Shown: piece by piece, positions 1 to 64,000 of the stretch
Layout of the letters: every line of letters starts with the position of its first letter
How positions within the stretch are numbered: the stretch's first letter is position 1
Origin: Antedon mediterranea
Taxonomy: Eukaryota > Animalia > Echinodermata
Reading direction: 5' to 3'
DNA length: 64,000 nucleotides
NCBI RefSeq assembly: GCF_964355755.1
Contig: NC_092675.1
Location: 24,276,912 to 24,340,911, forward strand
The notes under the pieces: model-generated
What the model saw: only the letters and a program-made list of their open reading frames with translations
Databases searched by the model: none
What the model was told of the DNA's origin: nothing
Made by a program: the position numbers and the translations under genes

Positions 1-56743
<56,743 letters not shown>

Positions 56744-56787
56744 CTGGGAAAAGAAGTTAAAACAAATATAGTTTACAAATGAATAGT

Positions 56788-56921
56788 GAATGTTTATGAG
56801 TGGAATGGTACAAACAATTTCATGAGGTGAATAAATGGTTAAATTTCCGCGAGGCGAAAATAGAATTTCATCGCTCACCTCATTCAAGAAATTATTTGTA
56901 CCATCGCACTCATAAACATTC
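56788..56921. repeat. Fold-back inverted repeat (MITE-like)
   Basis: gaatgtttatgagtggaatggtacaaacaattt ... aaattatttgtaccatcgcactcataaacattc. Confidence 0.7.
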
Positions 56922-58129
56922 TTTATGTGTATACTATTCTATGGAGCCGTAGCCAGGATCCTGAGCTGTATAATTAACGAAAGAGCATCATGCTATGTTA
57001 AGGCAATGATGTCTGTAGTTATAATAGGAGCGGTCAAATGCACCATTGAAAAGCTTGTATCGGGTGATTGCATTCTCTAAATTGGGTCTTAGTTTGCGAA
57101 TGATTTAATTGAAGCACCAACTGATAATTTGACAGACGTAAAAACGTTAATAGGAAATCATGTCCAACAATGTTGAAGATTAAATTTCAACGTTCATGCC
57201 AAATGGTTAAGATAGAGAATTGACGATTGAACCAAGGATAATTTATTTAGAATAATTCCTCCACGGTTACTGAACCGACATACAACAGACATCAACCGGT
57301 TTACGGATGAAAACCAGACTGAAGTGCATGCAGAAAAGTGACAGTTACATTGTTACATGAGTGGTTGATTGTTTCGTTAGACGAAACACTGCTTTTGCAT
57401 CGGTTGTTTATTTTTTTTGTATATTTACTGCATATTATACAATCAATCAGACTTATAATAGCGAAGCTATTCTTTCACCATAAATGTAAAGTAAATGTTT
57501 GCATCGTCGGTTCTCTAGGTACTGTGCATAAACGTTTTTGGCTAGGATTAAGTTCCTTTGGATTTAACAATTAAATATGTAGAACAAAAATAATCGTAGC
57601 TATTGTAGTGTAAGCACCAGGCCCATGATAGGTTCATGATTTACATGGAGAAGCCGGTGTGTGGCTAACGCTAGAAAACTACAGTAGGCAAGGCTGTATT
57701 TCATTTACATTTTACTCTACTCTATCCATTTTATGGCCTTAATATTATATTAAATCATTCGATTTCTTCATTACTCTACCTACAAGCTTTTTTTTTACTT
57801 GGCAAAATAAATGTTTTCAAGTATAGTACTTTATTTGTTTGTTTGTTGGGACGATAGCGCCTACAATTTTTAAGTTATCATTCAGATATATATATACTTT
57901 AAGATCATGCCTATTGAAACTCAAGAAAATTGGTTTATTAATAATTTCACAAATAACATAAACGATATTCAGACCTACAAGTGTTAAAAGATAGGAGACA
58001 ATTTTCAAAAGCCGATGAGCAGTCTTAATGTAAGAATGTAAACTATAATTGCATTTTATCGAGAACTAATTGTTCAAAAAACGATATAATTGTACGAGAG
58101 GCAACAGTTATAATTTTTGATTTGTAATT

Positions 58130-58936
58130 AAACAAGGCCAACAGCCATTAAGTCGCGTGCTACAATGCATAGTGATACCGGACCGACAGACCGACAGACA
58201 GACCGACAGACCGACAGACAGAGAGACCGACCGACCGACATAGTGAACTATACTGACCGAAATTACTGAACATGTTTAAAAATGTTGAAATGTTTAAAAA
58301 CATTTATTTTTTTTAAATTTACACGTGCGTAGCCTGTCACTTTCGACGTGCTCGTATAACGTAATTTCGAGTTGAAAAGTAAGTCAAGAAAACAGAAATC
58401 GGGCAAAAAGAGTGCGCGATAACATTTAACGCGCAGTGCACGCGCAAAAATATGCGCACTCATGGCAATTTTGTAAACGCTTAAAATTGCCTGAAATGTA
58501 CTCTTATTTCATCGAAAATAAATTTTGAAAATGTTAAGCGCGCGTACGCATGCGTTACATGCGCTACGCACGTAATTGTATTGCCATATGATGATTTATG
58601 CCCTGAAATTTATGAGTACCAAATTTTATTTAATTGTGATTCATAGTTGTGAAGATATGATTACAAACGTGATTTCGTTAAATCGTGCGTAGACCGCGTA
58701 ATTTTTTATTGCGCACCGTGAAAACATAACCACATTGATTTCTGGCCATAAGGAATATACTGTGAAAAATTGACCTAGCTAGATTAAACTGATATCAAGA
58801 TAAGGTCAGAAAGCGATAAAACGCATAGTGATACCGGACCGACAGACAGACCGACAGACCGACAGACCGACAGACCGACAGACAGACCGACCGACCGACA
58901 TAGTGAACTATAGAGTCGCTTCCACGCGACTAAAAA
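58130..58936 (-). mobile_element. HINE-like element, copy 3
   Basis: Reverse complement of the same ~0.8 kb element. Confidence 0.8.
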
Positions 58937-59010
58937 CACATTTGTTTTCAAATTCACCCGCTTGTATTTCGCGTAGTTGTTCTATATAACTATTGTTAGT
59001 TGGTAATTAG

Positions 59011-59816
59011 TTTTTAGTCGCGTGGAAGCGACTCTATAGTTCACTATGTCGGTCGGTCGGTCTGTCTGTCTGTCGGTCTGTCTGTCGGTCTGCTGTCTGT
59101 CGGTCCGGTATCACTATGCGTTTTATCGCTTTCTGACCTTACCTTGATATCAGTTTAATCTAACTAGGTCAATTTTTCACAGTATATTCCTTATGGCCAG
59201 GAATCAATGTGGTTATGGTTTCACGGTGCGCAATAAAAAATTACGCGGTCTACGCACGATTTAACGAAATCACGTTTGTAATCATATCTTCACAACCATG
59301 AATCACAATTAAATAAAATTTGGTACTCATAAATTTCAGAGCATAAATCATCATATGGCAATACATATACGTGCGTAGCGCATGTAACGCATGCGTACGC
59401 GCGCTTAACATTTTCAAAATTTATTTTCGATGAAATAAGAGTACATTTCAGGCAATTTTAAGCGTTTACAAAATTGCCATGAGTGCGCATATTTTTGCGC
59501 GCGCACTGCGCGTTAAATGTTATTGCGCACTCTTTTTGCCCGATTTCTGTTTTCTTGACTTACTTTTCAACTCGAAATTACGTTATACGAGCACGTCGAA
59601 AGTGACAGGCTACGCACGTGTAAATTAAAAAAAAATAAATGTTTTTAAACATTTCAACATTTTTAAACATGTTCAGTAATTTCGGTCAGTATAGTTCACT
59701 ATGTCGGTCGGTCGGTCGGTCTCTCTGTCTGTCTGTCTGTCTGTCTGTCGGTCTGTCTGTCGGTCCGGTATCACTATGCATTGTAGCACGCGACTTAATG
59801 GCTGTTGGCCTTGTTT
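59011..59816 (+). mobile_element. HINE-like element, copy 4
   Basis: Same element, head-to-head with copy 3. Confidence 0.8.
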
Positions 59817-60461
59817 AATATCAGCATAATGTGTTTTCTTATTTCATACAGATTGAAATAGCGTAACAGGCAAATTGATTTTCAGGAAAATTGATATATT
59901 GGTCATGTCACAAAAGCTTACTTCCATACGATATGTATATTAAATTGCACACCCTCTGTATTCTTGTAACATGGACATATTATTTTTTGACATGGACCAA
60001 CATAATTAGTCGACTCGCCGAGCGGTTAAGCTTACTCCATGGGTTAAATCAGCGACGCCACAAATTGGCACAGCTTCAAGACACTCCTCGACCATTGCCT
60101 TAGTCAATCTTGATTTTAGACAGGGAAAGGTCATTCTTGCAATACCAGAATTTGTTTGTATTAAGAATCATTAACCCCAGCAGGATTTGAATCATGTAAA
60201 ACTAACACCTAAAGCAAAAAGATGTATCTTTCAACATGCTCTCAGTTGATGTGCTTTTCTTTAACATTCTTTTACCAGTTGTATTATGTTAATGCAAGAA
60301 TTTTGTGTTTTAAAGTTTTATTTTATTTATTTAATTTTTTTCTTCATATTGATTTTAATTGCAATATAATATAAATTTTAAAATACCGTAGTACCTTGAA
60401 TTGCTATAAGACCGATAACGTGTCACTACAAAAAAATATTGAATGAAGTTTAATTATATCC

Positions 60462-61500
60462 AAACAAGGCCATATATATGGCTGCATTCGCGTACTCAAG
60501 TTATAGTCTAGGCAACAAATCTGAAACAAATGAGCGGGAGTGAGAGGGAGTGGAATGTTGTTGTCAACATAGCCAGATATCCTAACTAATTCCTTCTGAT
60601 CACTCTAGGCCCTGTTGACACTTAATTGTTTTGCCTTGTCTTAAAATTGGTGTCCATTTTGAAAAATAAAATGTGCATAAAATCGGATCTAAGTAAGGCA
60701 CATGCGCGATCTTGGTGCCTAAACACATGTACTTCAAACAGGGAATTCATTAGACCCTGCTGACACTTTAGATTGAAATGTCGGCCATTTTTCAAAATGG
60801 CAACCAATTTCATATCAAATGTGCTTAAAATCGAAATATGGTAAATTCATGATCTTGGTGTCTAAACGCATGTACACATTTATAATAAATATGATTATGT
60901 CAAAAGACAATTGTATTTAGGACTAACTGGCTGCTAATTTTTTTAATGGCTGCCTAGATTTTCTAAAAGTGGAACTAATTAGGCTAGATAAATGATCTTG
61001 GTGGCTAAACTCGTGTTTTTTTTCAGGCAAGGAATCCATTAAATCTACAATAAATAAATTTAAATATAGTTTGTTTGATCAAGTAATTTTGTAAGTAAAA
61101 TTTTATTTAGGATTAAATAGTTAAATGCACAGTAGCTAACATTTTTCAAAATGGTTACCTAAATAACTGTTCATGAAATCGAAAATCTGGAATTTGTTTC
61201 TCAAATTGGTAACGGTGTTAAGATGCCAATAATTTGTATCATAGATAATTCTCATTCAATCAATACATAAATATTAAGTGTAGTTTATGAATGCTAGGTA
61301 TTTTTATATTTTTTCAAATACTTTGTCTGAAATACATTATAAGATACCAAAATCATGCATCTAGCTTATTTAGAATCCGTGTACATTTTTTAAAAGAAAT
61401 AAGGCCATTTCAGAAAATAAAATAACTATTAGAATGTATTTATCATAGATCAAATGGATTCCATGCCAATGATCATTCGTCTAGTTTTATTAGTGTCACC
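60462..61500 (-). mobile_element. Probable second, older Helentron-like non-autonomous element
   Basis: Begins aaacaaggccatatatatggc..tcgcgt, echoing the HINE 3' end aaacaaggccaacagcc..gtcgcgt; recurring aaaatggc/gatcttggtg motifs also occur at about 63480-63830. Confidence 0.35.
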
Positions 61501-61799
61501 CTTTTTGCACTTTTTATTCATTCATTCATTCTTTATTTAGCCTTTAAAATCGAAATACATTTAAAACAAAGTAACAAAAACAAGACAGGTGGAAATCTAA
61601 GGAGGCAAGGATAAGCACAAGCAATTAAAATCGCTGTAGCTCACAGGCTTGCTTATCCATCCTTAGACATCCAGTACATAAAGATAGATAAAATACACAT
61701 TAATGATCCAAATATAAATAAAGTATAGCCTATTACTACAGTAGCAAATTATTCTTAATTTAGTCAAATTTTAATACCCAAGGAATTTAATATTTATAA

Positions 61800-62170
61800 T
61801 GTTCTTTCAATTTCATAGCAAATATATTAGTATTTTCAAGAACTACAGGGTCCTTAATTTCATTTGGTAGATTTGAACCATAAGCGTGAAAACTCATTTA
61901 TAGAGGAGTGTTTTAGTACGTCTGTACTGACATAGCGGTGTAGAACATCTGGGTATCGTGGATTTATATCCGTGTTTGATACAATAGAGCTGCATTCAAT
62001 TTTGCCAGCCAAGCATTTTACTGTAAACAGTACTATGTTTTGTTTTCTTCTATTATCAAGAGTTGTCGTATTTAAACAATTTAATCTGTTCACATATGGA
62101 ATTTCCTGTTTCTTCTGGTGTAGATAATGCGTGTTACTTTTCTGTGTACTCTTTCAATTTTTGAAGAAAG
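61800..62170 (-). mobile_element. 3' remnant of a CR1/Jockey-like LINE ORF2
   Basis: PY.NRLNCLNTTTLDNRRKQN matches the typical Y..RL..L.L.TL..RR C-terminal motif. Confidence 0.55.
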
Positions 62171-62599
62171 GATTTCCGTATAGGGGTTTTTTTTTGTTTT
62201 TTTTTTTCATTTCATTTTATTGCATATCAAAATCGCAGCCAATGGCTGAATTACATGATACTTACAAATATAAAAACATTTAAAACAGGCATAAAACAGT
62301 ATATATAGTGCACATAGAAATCAAAGAACAAATAAAAGTGGAATCAAACATATTGCACAAGAAAAATACATAAAAATACAAATTTAGCTAAAATTTATCT
62401 ACAAATTAAAAAATTTAATTAAATAAGGGAAATATGGAAATTGATTATTTATTTACAAGATTATGAAATTTGATAAAATTAGAAAATGTAAAAATTATGG
62501 AGTTATTAAGTAATTTACAGTAGTATTATATTTATTTGTACATATTCACATATTATGTTTAATTTATTTATACATCTTCAAAAAATGTCTTTAGTTTTA

Positions 62600-64000
62600 C
62601 TGAGTTAAAGTCTATCTTTCATTAAGGAGGCGTGTAAGATAAAGCATAGGGCTATTATAGTATCGGTTTGTTTTACATAGGGGCTCAACAAATTCTTTTC
62701 TTTTCCTAAGTCTAACAGAAAGCTCAGGATTTCTAATAAACCAATCCTTGAATTTATTAGATGTAATCTGTAGCAAATTTACGACATATATTTTCGCGGC
62801 GTTCATCTAGTCGTTTAATATTCAAAATGTTAAGGGAAGTGTTGTAGTCTTGGTAATCTTTACCCAAAATTATCTTACATGCACGTTTTTGCATGGACTC
62901 TATGGCATTTGTCCGCGCAACAGTAAGACTAGAGTGCCATACTGGTATTGCATACTCGAAAATTTGTCTAACATATGTGGTGTAAACTTGGGCAAGGTCT
63001 TCAAAAGGAATCCCAAACTGTTTTAAAAGGCTAAGCATGTCTAGACGTCTTCCTCCATTACTAAGGATATGGTCAACCTGGACATAAAATTTTAAATCAT
63101 CCTAGATGAAAACACCGAGTATTTTTGCATAGTTAACTAATTCACAGCCATTTATGTTGATAGGTGTCATATAGGGTGGCGACTTCATGAAACAAAATTT
63201 AAGTTGTTTGCATTTTGATGGGTTCAATTGAAATTTGTTCATGGTTGCCCATTCGACCAAATCATCAACATCATGTTGTAGTGTAGACGTTGCATTAGAG
63301 TTAACTACCTCGCCCAGTGAAAGATCATCAACGAACTTCCACTTTTCACAGATTGCTTCTTTCACAGCATCGTTGATGGCGGCACGGAATACAATTTCTC
63401 CAAGCTTAGTACCTTGTGGCACACCACAGGATAAGGTTTCCCAGTCTGAAAAAGTCGATTGGTACTTAGTCCATGGGATTTAGACTTTTAACTCACACAA
63501 ATTGCAAGAAAAGGTTTTTTTGATGAAATGTGTTCTTTAGACCCTACTGAACACATTTATCAACGTTAGGACATTTTTCGACAACGGGAAGTAGCCTAAT
63601 TTGCATAATTAAAAATGGCCGCCATTTTTAATAACGTACTCTGTATCTTGGAAACCGCTAGTCACAGATACTTAATTATGGTGTCAAAATCGTTATTCAC
63701 TTTATTGAAAAAGTTTGTCCAAAAATCAATGGAAGTGCTATTTCTAACATTATTGACCTTTGACCTTAAATTCTCATATCTCAGCAACCACTAATCGGAG
63801 ATATACAAATTAGGGCTTAAATTGTTCAGAAACTACACATTTATATCCAGTCTAATGTGATGTAGCATCCTTTCATACACCCATACTGGCTAGTGTCCAT
63901 ATTCGGTCCAATATCGTTTAAGAAAAGGTTGTATACAATTCCTTCTGCTACTTTGGCAAATTGTGAAGTCAAAGAAACTGGTCTTAGTTTATCTTGTTTA
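62600..64000 (-). mobile_element. Broken LINE ORF2 (reverse transcriptase), interrupted at about 63475-63850
   Basis: LRPVSLTSQFAKVAE..QYG (about 63880-64000), GVPQGTKLG, WKFVDDL, LNPSKCK, KILGV, EYAIPVWH, IESMQKRACKII, TNRYYNS; stops and frameshifts present. Confidence 0.9.

Overview
AT-rich animal (probably invertebrate) genomic DNA. Positions 1-56743 on the minus strand hold what reads as one giant intron-rich gene. I traced 82 GT-AG exons by hand; their phases are compatible and I saw no in-frame stop (about 17.8 kb coding, about 5,900 aa). Both ends lie outside the traced part: no signal-peptide exon was found, and the C-terminus runs off base 1. Domain order N to C: tandemly duplicated LDLa/CUB/MAM modules (13 CUB, 7 MAM, about 23 LDLa in total); S1 protease 1 (intact triad, non-trypsin pocket); more LDLa/CUB/MAM; S1 protease 2 (dead); S1 protease 3 (intact, Asp189 trypsin-like); CUB and LDLa; a FAM171/CILP-like region with a PHLSFW motif; a Thr-rich mucin repeat; LDLa; 2 Sushi; 2 cbEGF; NIDO-AMOP-VWD with GDPH. 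This amounts to a polyserase-like protease array fused to a MUC4/SUSD2/Mesh-type mucin. Introns and the 57-64 kb region carry four near-identical ~0.8 kb DINE-1/HINE-like (Helentron-derived) elements, two of them as a head-to-head inverted pair. They also carry decayed LINE RT fragments, a Deu/Nin-type SINE split by a 56-bp minisatellite, small MITEs and simple repeats. All family assignments come from motif recognition, not database searches.
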